A program made the translations under genes and the position numbers. DNA of 64,000 nt from Mobula hypostoma (taxonomy: Eukaryota): positions 83,454,001-83,518,000 of the forward strand of contig NC_086108.1 of assembly GCF_963921235.1 (NCBI RefSeq), given 5' to 3'. Positions 15,501 through 26,330 of the stretch are shown in pieces (the first letter of the stretch is position 1; the number at the start of each line of letters is the position of its first letter). The notes beneath the pieces were generated by a model. The model was not told where the DNA came from and ran no database searches. It saw nothing but the letters and a program-made list of their open reading frames with translations.

Positions 15501-18500
15501 AGATGGATGTGGAATTAAAATATCAGACAACTGAGAGCTCCTGGCCACTTCTATGGATGAGGGAGTTGCGAAGAGATCAATGTCTTTGAAATGCTGAAAG
15601 GGATGGGAGTACCTGTTTTGTAGTGAAATCTTATTGGAGCTGTTGTAAACTGTGAAAACAGATCCACTGAATTAAGAGGCTGGTGAGGTGGAAGGTGAAG
15701 ACCAGGCGAACCTTGTTCTTACTCCGTCCAGGAGGGAGGAAACGGGCCGAAAGCAGAGATGTGGGAATTGCCACTGCCTGTAAGGAGTTTGCACGTTCTC
15801 CCCATGACTGTGTGGGTTTCCTCCCACAGTCCAAGGACGTACCAGTTGGTAGGTTAATTGGTCATTGAAAATAGTCCTGTGATTAGGCTCGGATTAAAAT
15901 TGGGGGACTGCTGGGTGGCGTGGCTCAAAGGGCTGGAAGGACCTATTCCACGCTGTATGTCAATAAAAAATATAAAAATATAGATGAGATGCAGTCAAGG
16001 AATCTCATCTACATGGCAGAGGGAATGCCAAGGTTCAAGAAGGAAATCATTTCAGCAGTAGCCTGTAACTGTATTTTTTAAAATATATTCTAAAAGGGAG
16101 AAGTTATTTTGAGCAACTGCAATAGAGCTGGTTACATGGGTGCAAGTTTCATCATTAACAAAAATACATCATCAGTACACCACTGAACTGCTAAAACTGC
16201 TCTCAGTTTATTATTCTAAAGCTCCTCTTAATCATTTGGTCACATACCTGAAGATTTATTAATGAGGAAAAATGAAGCTCAGTTGTAGACCACTGACCCA
16301 CGAAGAACTCATAGCCTGATTGCCTTGGCAAAGCGTATAGGAACTGGAACGAAACGTTTGGTTAAAAGTAGCAACTATATGAGAAATCCTGCGCAGTGAT
16401 ATCTGTATTGCGGCATGGAACATAATCAACAAATGCAAATTATCTCAAATGTACAAGTCACACCAATTAGACTGGGCAACTCTTGCCATCAAGACTCTTT
16501 ATAGAAATCAGTTGTATTTATTTTGTCATGTTTTGCTTTAAAGTGCCAAGAGATTGGGATTCATGAATCTGGACTTGGACTAAATGAACTTTCATACCTG
16601 GGCTGCACCATAGGAGAAACATAAGAAAACGGCACCGAACAAAAAGTGCATCCTAATTACTGGATTGCTTCTAAATGTTATTTGGACTCACTAACTGCTC
16701 CATTGATCAATATCAAAAGCACAATATTCCTTTTTATTGTATCAAGTAATCTTTAGGATTAAATATATTCCAATATTTGGTGAAGTTTTGCTAAAATAAC
16801 TATCTGCATACCTGGTCAGGATACAAAACAAAACAGGGCTTAATTTCACCTGTAACTTATATCTCTCATTTTTTTTCCCTTGTTCCATTTCAGCCAACAC
16901 AATCTCCTTGACTTGTTTGCATTGGTACTTAATTTTCCTTTCTTATTTGTTTTGTTTTCTTAGCTACAAATATACAGCTTCTCTTCCTTTCTTGCCGAAA
17001 CCAGTTCCTTAAAATGGCTTTGTTTGCCATGGCTTTTACAAACTAAGCACAACAGTTTGGAAAAAGGTTAAGGATGGACTTCCATTAAAAACATATGGAA
17101 CATGACATTTAAATAACTGACCACAATTCAACTCTCATATTTCATTACAGAATTCACTGATCCCTTTATACTTACTGTGGGACATCTCTGTGACCTGCTG
17201 TACATCAGCTCAAATGTAGTGCCCTTTTAAGGAAAAAGAATCTGTTACACAAATGGTTATTTTAAAAGTTAAAATTAATTTATCATTCAATGCTTAACCC
17301 ACTGCCATACTCACAGGAATCACGGCAGAAATTGTATTCTTTGAAGCAAAGTACATATTCCAGATCTGAAAAATATAGATGTTGATGAAGCAAATCAAGG
17401 GCATTACCAAAGTTTAGATTTCATTTAAAATTAACAAATAACCTTTTTTTTATAACAGTTAAACCCACATACGCAACTTTCAAACACCTCCTTCATACAG
17501 CACACATTAAAATTTCACACAAGATATTGGCCTCGTTTATCTTCTTGCCGGTTAATTCACTTTCTAAAGTGAAAGAAACTGGCAGAAAAGGTAACTGAAA
17601 AGGAGACCTACATCTCTGAAGACAAGATCAAATTCCAAAGTAAATTTATATTCAAGGTACACGTATATCACCATTTTCTACCCTGAGATTCATTTTTTGC
17701 AGGCATTCACAGTAAGTACAAAGAAACACAATGAAAAATCAATAAAAAACCACTCACAATAAAGACAAACAACCAAAGTACAAAAGAGAACCAACAGTGC
17801 AAATACAAAAAGAGGAAAATAAATAAATAAACAATATTGAGAACCCAAGTTGTAGGGTCCTCAAAAGTGAGTCCATAGATTGCGGAACCAGTTCAGTACT
17901 GGGGTGAATGAAGCCGAGTAAAGTTATCCCCTCTTTCAAGAGCCTGATGGTTGTGAGGAAATAACTATTCCTGAACCTGGTGGTGTGGGTCTTGAGGCTC
18001 CTGTACCTCCTTCCTGATGGCAGCAGTGAGAAGACAGCATGGCCTGGATGATGGGGGTCCTACAAGTTCAAGTTTAATTATCGTTCAACCACACATGAAT
18101 TAGCCGAACAAAATGCTGTTCCTCCTCACACACACAGCGTATCTAGTTACAACAGCAGGGAAACATACAGTCACACAAAAAAAAAGCCCCTGAGAAGCAG
18201 TGCCAGTAGATTGATGGTGCATGGGATGTTGTCCTGGTCCAGCTTGTTTTTCCACTGAGCCAATATTGGACAGCAGCCCTGCTGGGAAGGGCCAGCCCCC
18301 AACCCAGTACACACTCCAGCGTGCACACACAGAGGCCTCTGGCCTCTGCTCTCTCCCACACCATCTCAGCATCTCCTCTCCTGGGCAAATGTAACAGATA
18401 ACCTTGTGGCATGAGGGCCTGGTCCACACCACAACTAAGGCAACACAGCTCCCCTGCCATTGGTCTCATCAAGAACCAGTGAACCGGACTTGTAGTATTC

Positions 18501-21500
18501 TACATTACCAATGTCCAACGGGGTCTTGCCATCCTAAGAAAAACATCCAAGACTCACACCTTTTGTTGGTACACGCACCACCTCAGCACAAGTCGTGAAC
18601 CATAACAATGGTACGTAATAAGCCCAGCTCCATCATGATCAAGCAACTCCCTGATGGGTAGACCCGTAGTACTTGACGTTGTTAATATCCAGTAGTGTTT
18701 TGTGATCGTAAAATAGACATAAATGATAACAATTACACTTTTGGTTAGACCTGGAGAGTCAATCTGTATCTGAACATGTTGCCATCTTCCTAGAGACTGG
18801 TGATGATGGATGCTGCTTTCCAGCCTCAGGGCTCCTTACTGATATGCTCAGTGGTGGGGAGGATTTTACCTGTGATGGACTGGGCTATATCCATTACTTT
18901 TTGTAGGCTTTTCCGTACAAGGGCATTGGTGTCTCCTTACCAGGCTGTGATGCAACCAGTCAGTTTACTCTCTACTGCACACCTATAGAAGTTTGTCAAA
19001 GTTTTAGATGACAGACCAAATCTTGAAACATTAAACTGTACAGGTAAAGAAAGCTCTGCCGTGACCTTAAAGAACTTGGTTTTTAATTGTCTGCTTTAAC
19101 TTTGAGCTATAGAGACCCATAGCAGCTTCTAGTAATCCTCAGTGGGAATGGAATGGGGCAACTCTGTCTCTCTCACATGACATTTGTTATCCAGTTTCAC
19201 ATGTGACGAAAAGCCAAAAGGCACAAAAACAGAAAGCTATCAGTGATTAATAATTTTGTCAACATAAATTTGTTCCATGAAATGAAAGGAGAAGAGTCTG
19301 AAGAACAAAAATTGGATGGAATAAAATATTTCAGGGTTATGCTAGTTAATAAAAACATTATGATCACTAAATTAGATTTTCAAACTTCTCTACCATTAGT
19401 ATTTTCCTCATAAGGGTGTATGACCAGTTAACAAATCCATAATCTTTGACCCATAGGACTAGAATGACACCAAAACGCGAGTTAAATCAACCTTGTTATT
19501 TCTTGACTATCAATTCCTCTGTCCCCAACAAAAGGAATGTGAGAGATAGAATCTTTTGGGACCACAAGACATCCCAGCAGATAAAATTCTTATCACAAAG
19601 AACATAATAGTGAGGATTCATATCTTTGATGCTCTGAGAACCCTAAAATACTCCAGTTCAAGCCAAATCTTTGTCAACCTCAATAGGCAATATACATCAT
19701 CCAAACATTAACTGCACATTTGTTATGATATATAAACTCAAAGAATATTACGTTACAATTGTTGTTCGTCCATCGTCGTCGTCGATGAAGACCTCGACAC
19801 CATTAGTCACTTTCAGACTGAATGTGGTGTGTCTGAAGATGACTGGTCAGGCCATTTTGGGCACGAAATGTCCTGGCACATGTTGGACAGACATGTGTAG
19901 GCACTGCAGTTGTTGTGCTGGTGGGTCTGGACTTGTGCAGCTCCCTCTATGTTGTGCTTCAGCAATGCGCCTTGCTTCGTAAGCTTGACAGCCCTTGTGG
20001 ATAAGGCCGTGCCAGGTAGGGTGGTTTTGTGCCAGCGTTTCCCAGGTGGTCATGTCTATGTCAAGTGACTTCAGGGAGGCCTTTAGTGTGTCTTTGTAAT
20101 GTTTCTTCTGTCCTCCATGCGAGCGTCTTCCAGCAGAGAGTTCCCCAAAAAGGAGCAGCCTGGGTATGCGCTTGTCCGGCATGCGGATGACATGATCTGC
20201 CCACTGGGTCTGTGCTCTCATCAGTAGTGTGTGGACTGATGGTAGACTTGCTCTAGAGAGAACTTTAATGGCTGGTACTTTGTCTTGCCATCTGATGCCT
20301 AATATTCTATGAAGACAAGTCATGTGGAAATGGTTGAGCTGTCTTGCATGCCTTCGATACACAGTCCACGTTTCACAGGCATACAGCAGGGTAATGAGTA
20401 CCACGGCTCTGTAGACCTTCAGTTTTGTTGCTGGACTGATTCCTCGGCGTTCCCATATAGTGGAGCACAGTCTACCGAAGGCAGAACTTGCCTTCGCTAT
20501 TCTGCAGTTAACTTCTGTATCAATAGTCAGTGCTCAGGAGAGGGTGCTGCCAAGGTAAGTAAACTGGTCAACTGCCTGTAGTTTATGTCCTTTGAATGTG
20601 ATTTTCAGTTCTGTATACGGTGCATCAGGGGCAGGCTGGTGCATGACTTGGGTCTTTTTGATGTTGATGGTGAGTCCAAAGTTGTCACAAGCCATGGAGA
20701 ATTTGTCCATATTGACTTGCACTCTGGCTCCGAGCCAGCATACAGGGCACAGTTATCGGCAAAGAGGAAGTCTCTCAGAACAGTCTCCTTCACTTTGGTA
20801 ACAGCTTGAAGTCTCCTCAGGTTGAAAAGCTTCCCATCCACTCAACTCAAAATATTACGTTACACTTATTGATGCCTTTAACCCATTTCAGTATGCATTT
20901 TCTGTTGCATCAAGAATCTTAGTAAGAGTTGACACAAAACAGTTAACATACCAGCAAAATAAGAAATGGTGCTTATTAGTGATCAACAGACAAGAAACTC
21001 ACTGCAGCTTTAAATAGCTGATTTAATGTCTGAAATACTCACTTGTGCTATTTCATCTGGAGTTTTATCTTTCACCATATCCAGATTGAGTATTGACTGG
21101 AGTGTCTGAAGCACAAAAAACAGATGAAATAAGCTACTGTAGCTGGAAATATTTGCACATAGTAATCAAGAGCAATTACTTCAAACTTCAGACTGGCATC
21201 TTATACAGGGGTCCCCAACCCTTTTTTGTACCACGGACCGGTTTAATATTGATAATATTCTTGTGGACTGGCCAACCTGGGGGGGGGCGGGGGGTGTTCA
21301 AGTTCAACAGTGTGTGACAGGGAATGAGGAAAGGTGCAGCTGACTTATATTGTTTCATATCGCCAAATCATATCATTTCCTCACAGCCCAGTAGCACATC
21401 TTTGCAGCCCAGTGGTCTGGGACCACTGTTATAGAATAAATAATTTAGGAAAGGAGAGCTTGGAGGAAGCATCAACAATCTAAATGCAAAAGAAGCTTTT

Positions 21501-24500
21501 CTAAGTTAAAAACAATGTAATTTTTATTGCTATTTTCAAGGAAGTACGTCATTTCTTCGTTGATAGAGCATGGTAACCTATCCAAAAAATATCTACTGAT
21601 CCATAAAGAGCTTAGAGAATTTTTCATTTTCACTCTGGAAAGCAGCACATGTCCACTCATCATGGAATGAAGAAAATTCAAGTCTGCACTTTGTTAGCTA
21701 GCGTATATAAATACTTCAGTTGCTTAAAATAACAATTAAAATATCGATAAAATACAATATCATAGTTATCCAACTCAGATTTACAGCTCCAAGGTGAACA
21801 CCTTAGCCTAGCTAACATAGAAAATTGTGCCTACTTTAGCAATGATATTAAGAGTGCTGCATTTTACTTAAAGAGGAAATCGTAGCCTTCATAGTTCAAA
21901 TCGCATAGAGCTGAAGTACCACAAGAATATTGAAATGTTGCAATTAAATCCCTTGGTTCAACCAACACGATGGTAATATCTGAACAATTATCTGTAGGGA
22001 CACTTACAATTGCCTATTATATGTAATGCTGCATAGAACAAAATTTCAAGGGATGAAATACTTCGTACCTTATGTTTAGTGAAACCAGGTCTCTTCCCAG
22101 ATGTTCTTTCACCAAGTTGCTTTGGCTGTGGGGAAAAAAATAGTATGCAATATAAATTCCAAATCCACTGAGGATCTAATGATCCCAGAATTATGCACCA
22201 ACTAAACAGAGATTTCATGAAACAGATCACAAACACTTCTCATCACTCAATGGATATTCAGTTAAGCAAAATGTATTTTGATTAATCAGACATTAAATAT
22301 TTCTCCAAGACGTCGTAGTTTTCATTCTACAAAAGCGTTTTAGATTCTTGGAACACAACAATATTGATTTTTACAAATGAAATCTGCATTGCATAATAAT
22401 CTCTCTTAGATGGATGCTACTGTGAGAGAATGGTAATATAAAATACATTTGCTGTAAACTAGATTTGTAGCATGTGTAATCAATGGACTGAAATATGTCT
22501 GTCTTAGAATGACAATTTTAAATGAGTCTTGGGTTTCTGAAAAGCTGAGCATTGAGCTCACTGACACAAACTGTTATAATACAAAGATTCTTAAAAATTA
22601 TAAGAACCCAAAAAGAAATAACTTTGTAACAACTTAGGCTGTAATGTTTCAGTTATTGCCACCAGAGGGTTCCAGTTAGCAAATTATCATGGTATGGAGA
22701 CTCCAACGCACAGGATCAAAAGAAGCTATAGTGGTTTACAGACTCAGCCACCTCCATCACAAAACAACCCTCCCCGCCATCAAGGCATCTTAAAGGGGTG
22801 GTACCTCAAGAAGGTAGCATCCATCATTAAGGACCCTCATCCTCCAGCTTCCTGTTACTACAATCTGGAAGGAAGTACAGAGCCTGAAAGCCCACACTCA
22901 ATGTATCAGAAATAGTTCCTTTCCCTCTGCCATCAAATTTCTGAATGGTTCATGAACCCACGAGCACCTCATCATCATTCCTCTTTTGCACAATTGTGTT
23001 AGTAACGTATAGTAATTTTTGTGTCTTACACTGTGCAGAATCTTACCTTCGCTTCCATTAGTTTGACAAATTCACCCTGGCTTGAACGTCCCAGAGGCAG
23101 CCTCTTAACTTCTTCTTTCTTTGCTATACGAGCCTCATACTCATCTGGTTTTGTCCTAGAATTTATATTAAAAAAACTATTTAAGTTACATCTTAAAATG
23201 CAAGTATGTGCATGTGAAAAAAACATATGGAAAATACGAACAAAGACCTTTTAAGTACTAACATAGTTATATAACTTATTGAACAATAGAAAACAAGACA
23301 TCAATCACATGTTATGAGATATTCTAAAAAGGCAACGTACTATATAAAAAACCCAAGAAAGTCTGCAGATGCTAGAAATCCAAAGCAACACACACAAAAT
23401 GCTGGAGGAACTCACCAGGTTAAAATGTGTAAACAGTAGACATTTTGGGCCAAGACCCTTCTTCAGGACTCAATATAAATTTGTTGTTGCTGTCAATACA
23501 GTATCACCCATGATTTTACTAAGTGGCAGAGTACACTCAGGGGCTGACTGGACTACTCTAGGTCCTGTTTCTTACAGCATTCCTGTGCTGTAAGACTATT
23601 TACTGTACAGCCACCTTCCAAAGTTGAATTTAATAAAAAGAACCAAGCGTGTTGCAGTAGAAAGGACAAGAAAAAGGAATACAAAACAGGGAGCACAATT
23701 CTCAAAGAGATATACGTAGAGGTAAAGCGACCTAGACGTACATGTGCGGAATTAATTGAGAACGAAAGAATAGATTAAAAGCACAGTTAAAAGAACAGAG
23801 GATCCTGGAAACAAACGTATAAGAGAGAGGAAGTCATGATAAACCTGAATAAGTCACAGATTTTGGCTATAATTGCCTGCGGTCAGTTTTAGTCTGGGCA
23901 CTCACTTTGGGAAATCTATGAAGATCTTAAGAGGGGATGCTGAAGAGAATTATTACAATGATTTCCCAGACAAAGAACTTTGGACTTCCCCAGCAGGCAT
24001 TCGATGAACTGAATGGCCTTGTTCCAAGCTACAAGATTTCTTTGGTCTTAAATTGTTTTAAAATCACTACTGGTACAGTTCAGGCAATGACAATTTTAGT
24101 TCACTTTCCGTTGGTAAACTGTTTTATTGCTGTCACATATGAAGAACAGTGAAAAAAACCTTTGATTCACATGTCATCCAAACAGACCATTTCATCACAT
24201 CAGTACATTCAGGTCATACAAGAGAAAAACAATAACAATGCAGAATTAAGTGTAATAGAAAGTGCAGTGCACTCATGGTTTTCCACCTTGTCCAAAGCCA
24301 TGACGAGGTAGATTGTGAAGTCATGAATCCATCTTATCATACAAGAGCACTGCAGAATTGTCTTATAACAATGGCACAGGTCTATATTTTAGCCTGTGGT
24401 ACATGCTTGCAGACTTTTGTATCTTCTGCCCAATGGGAGGGAGTAGAAAAGAGAATTTCCAAAGTATGTAGGGTCTTTGGTTAAATTGGCTGCTCTTTTG

Positions 24501-25897
24501 AGGCAGAAAAAAACACATACAGATTCTACAAATGGGAAACTGGTTTCCGTGATGAGCTGAGCTGTGTCCACAACTCTCTGTGGTTTATCATGGTCTTGGG
24601 TAGAGCAGTTCCTCATACTAAAAGTTAGAATTGAAGGGGGCATGCCAGATTTCTTTAGCACCCTAAGGACCTAGAGCCACTTTCTTGCCTATTGCAACAA
24701 CATAGTCTCTGCACAGAACAGTTCGTGACTGACTACGGATAAATAGAACATACATTACAACAGACTACAGGCTCTTCGATCCACAATGTTGTGCTGACCT
24801 TTTAACCGACTCTAAGATCAATCTAACTCTTCCCACTCACATTGCTCTCAATTTTTCTTTTATTCGTGTGCCTATCTTAGATCTTTTAAATGTCCCTAAC
24901 GTATCTGCCTCTACCACTAGCCCTAACAGTGCACTCAATGCACCCACCACATTCTGTGGTGGAAAATCTATCTGATATTACCTTTATATTTTCCTCCAAT
25001 CATCTTTAAATAATGCACCTCATATTAGCTATTTCTGCCCTGCTAAATCGTCTTTGCTGTCCACTCGATCTATGTCTCTTATCATCTTGTGCATCTCTAT
25101 CTGCTCACCTCCATCATTGCAAAGAGAAAAAGCTCTAGACCTAGCATGTCGTAAGATAAGCTCCCTAATTCAAGCAGCATCCTGGTAAATCTCTTCCACA
25201 TCCTCTCCAAAGATTCCATATCTTTCAATGAGACTACCAGAACTGAACACAACATTTCAAGTGTAATCTAACCAAGGTTTTATGGAGCTGCAACATTACC
25301 TCGAGGCTCTTGAACTCAATCCCCCAGCTAACGAAAGCTAACACACCATTCACCTTCTTAACAACCCTATCAGTTTACGCAGCAACTTTGAGGGATCTAT
25401 GTTGGTGAACTCCAAGAACCCTCTGTTCCTCCATACTGCCAACGATTCTGTCATTGAACATGCATTCTGTTGTAAAATTCGACCTTTCACAGTGAATCAC
25501 TTCATACTTTTCCGGATTTAACTTTATATGCTTCTTTTCAGCCCAGCTCTGCATCCTGTCAATGTTCTGTTGTAATCCTCGATAACCTCTGCACTAACTG
25601 TACCATTATATTCAGCATCGTTAAACCTGGAAACAGGGACCGGATTGATTTAAACGCAAATGTAGGGTGAACGTCGCTTCTCTCTCACCTCCGCAGCTCC
25701 TGGATCTTATTCTGGTACTTGCTGTAAAAGGGATTCGCCTGCAAATCCTGCTCCTTTTCGACCCGACTTAAACTACTAGCTAGGGAGAAAGTACGTAGGT
25801 GATTAGAAACCACGCCGAGCCCTAAAGGGAGATGACAGCGGTTTCTAACAGCCAGAGCCCGGCTGCAAAAACACCAGAGCCCCCTCGCCGCTACCAT
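3056..25897 (-). CDS. ATPAF1: ATP synthase mitochondrial F1 complex assembly factor 1 (ATP11 family), complete 9-exon gene, ~310 aa
   Basis: Spliced CDS complement(join 25689-25897, 23047-23155, 22069-22125, 21043-21105, 17315-17365, 17176-17223, 16248-16343, 10613-10720, 3056-3247) = 933 nt. All introns are GT-AG and phases are consistent. Translation has ATP11 hallmarks: [72 protein letters not shown]. Confidence 0.96.
3680..3930 (+). mobile_element. Degenerate HE1/V-type SINE
   Basis: V-domain-like ...ctccccatgactg...tttggtttcctccaaagttccaaagatg...ggtaggttaactggcc; similar to copies at 9350, 15770 and 59870. Confidence 0.6.
4698..5420 (-). mobile_element. 5'-truncated RTE-clade LINE
   Basis: RT C-terminus [14 protein letters not shown]...[25 protein letters not shown]; (TGA)n 3' tail at about 4700. 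Confidence 0.85.
5539..6284 (-). mobile_element. 5'-truncated Rex1/Babar-type LINE
   Basis: ORF2 C-terminus [21 protein letters not shown]...[14 protein letters not shown]; short tandem tail; possible TSD tagtatcta (5530-5538, 6285-6293). Confidence 0.85.
7566..9027 (-). mobile_element. Non-autonomous hAT (Charlie/Buster-type) DNA transposon
   Basis: Imperfect TIRs cagcctttcccaac / gttgagaaaccctg; perfect 8-bp TSD ctctaaca (7558-7565, 9028-9035); hAT dimerisation remnant [10 protein letters not shown]...[11 protein letters not shown]...SKKQAQISH. Confidence 0.92.
9350..9720 (+). mobile_element. HE1/V-type SINE containing a (GT)n microsatellite
   Basis: ggaggttgcacatt...gggtttcctcc...ttcctcccatc...ggtaggtaaattaattg; CR1-like 3' end. 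Confidence 0.65.
9532..9587. repeat. (GT)n/(GTAT)n microsatellite
   Basis: Directly visible. Confidence 0.95.
9846..10226 (-). mobile_element. CR1 LINE 3' end
   Basis: [10 protein letters not shown]...[17 protein letters not shown]...FKRELD followed by 3' UTR. Confidence 0.9.
10227..10424 (-). mobile_element. tRNA-derived SINE with RTE-related body
   Basis: Head ggccggctggtggcatagtggc (A box)...gttcaattcc (B box); body carries gaaggcaatggcaaaccac. Confidence 0.7.
10613..10720 (-). CDS. ATPAF1: ATPAF1 exon 8
   Basis: [36 protein letters not shown]; tgcag| and |gtaag. Confidence 0.95.
11480..11790 (+). mobile_element. Decayed CR1 ORF1 esterase (SGNH-like) fragment
   Basis: Frameshifted RAIVIG...VCCL...[12 protein letters not shown]...[10 protein letters not shown]. 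Confidence 0.7.
13585..14810 (+). mobile_element. CR1 LINE RT/3' fragment
   Basis: [34 protein letters not shown] motifs with frameshifts; 3' tail tttctacgtttcta. Confidence 0.92.
15770..15970 (+). mobile_element. HE1/V-type SINE inserted in a decayed Penelope fragment
   Basis: ggagtttgcacgttctcccc...ggtttcctcccacagtccaagg...; A-rich tail. Confidence 0.75.
16248..16343 (-). CDS. ATPAF1: ATPAF1 exon 7
   Basis: [32 protein letters not shown]; ccag| and |gtatgt. Confidence 0.95.
17176..17223 (-). CDS. ATPAF1: ATPAF1 exon 6
   Basis: [16 protein letters not shown]; follows a 91-bp intron; aag| and |gtaagt. Confidence 0.9.
17315..17365 (-). CDS. ATPAF1: ATPAF1 exon 5
   Basis: [17 protein letters not shown]; ttcag| and |gtgagt. 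Confidence 0.93.
17625..19030 (-). mobile_element. Rex/Babar-type LINE interrupted by another insertion (about 18062-18790)
   Basis: LINE sequence breaks after gggggtcc (18060) and resumes at gatgatggatgctgctttc (about 18802). Confidence 0.6.
19758..20843 (-). mobile_element. 5'-truncated RTE-clade LINE with TSD
   Basis: [12 protein letters not shown]...[25 protein letters not shown]; (ACG)n tail; flanking direct repeat aatattacgttaca (19744-19757, 20851-20864). Confidence 0.9.
21043..21105 (-). CDS. ATPAF1: ATPAF1 exon 4
   Basis: [21 protein letters not shown]; ttcag| and |gtgagt. Confidence 0.93.
21206..21428. mobile_element. hAT MITE (empty-site copy)
   Basis: Ends caggggtccccaac / gggaccactg; homologous to the outer element at 52615-53392. 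Confidence 0.8.
22069..22125 (-). CDS. ATPAF1: ATPAF1 exon 3
   Basis: [19 protein letters not shown]; polypyrimidine-cag acceptor, gtacg donor. Confidence 0.9.
23047..23155 (-). CDS. ATPAF1: ATPAF1 exon 2
   Basis: [36 protein letters not shown]; ctag| acceptor, |gtaag donor. Confidence 0.93.
24745..25610 (-). mobile_element. Decayed CR1 LINE 3' fragment
   Basis: Reverse-strand CR1 motifs (gcagcatcctggtaaatctc, accagaactgaacacaac). Confidence 0.75.
25689..25897 (-). CDS. ATPAF1: ATPAF1 coding exon 1 (mitochondrial presequence + NPFY motif)
   Basis: MVAARGLW...LRTFSLASS...[17 protein letters not shown]; donor AG|GTGAG. Alternative in-frame ATG at 25918. Confidence 0.9.
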
Positions 25898-26221
25898 CTT
25901 GTCCAACTCCGCACACATAACATGGCACAATAGAAACAGCGTCCCGAGAAAACGTTCCGAGCCCAAACTCTAAATTATAAAATAAGCTGAGAATAAATAT
26001 ATATTTGGAATTATTTTGTTATCTTAAATATACTTAATGATATAAGTTATTTTCAACCAGGACTGTATTTAGTTACCATCACTTTCATGAATTTCTAGCG
26101 TGTCGAAGTGGCGGAATTAATTGAATGTCGGACGTAATCGACAAGTCAAGGAAGGTCGGCCTAATATTGACCGCCTCAAGGTGGCGGCGAGGCAGCGGTG
26201 TGTTTGTCTCACGGGCGGGTA
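25898..26221. promoter_or_regulatory. Putative bidirectional promoter ATPAF1/LRRC41
   Basis: Divergent start codons are 324 bp apart. CpG-enriched flanks (about 25670-25965 and 26095-26340) surround an AT-rich core (about 25970-26095). GC box gggcgg near 26213. Confidence 0.8.
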
Positions 26222-26330
26222 ATGGGGTCGAGAAGTTGCGGCGAAATGAGCTGCGATGTGCCCACCTTATTCACGCTCTGTGCCAGGAATATTAGTGAGA
26301 ACGTGACCAGGCTGGAGCCGGCGATGTGTG
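26222..26330 (+). CDS. LRRC41: LRRC41 exon 1 (BC-box)
   Basis: MGSRSCGEMSCDVPTLFTLCARNISENVTRLEPAMC; donor G|GTAAG. Start could be 26222 or 26246. Confidence 0.87.

Noticed and set aside
25685..25966. 93-aa ORF starting at 25966
   Set aside because: TTG start upstream of the probable ATG; the ORF runs into the intron 1 donor of ATPAF1.
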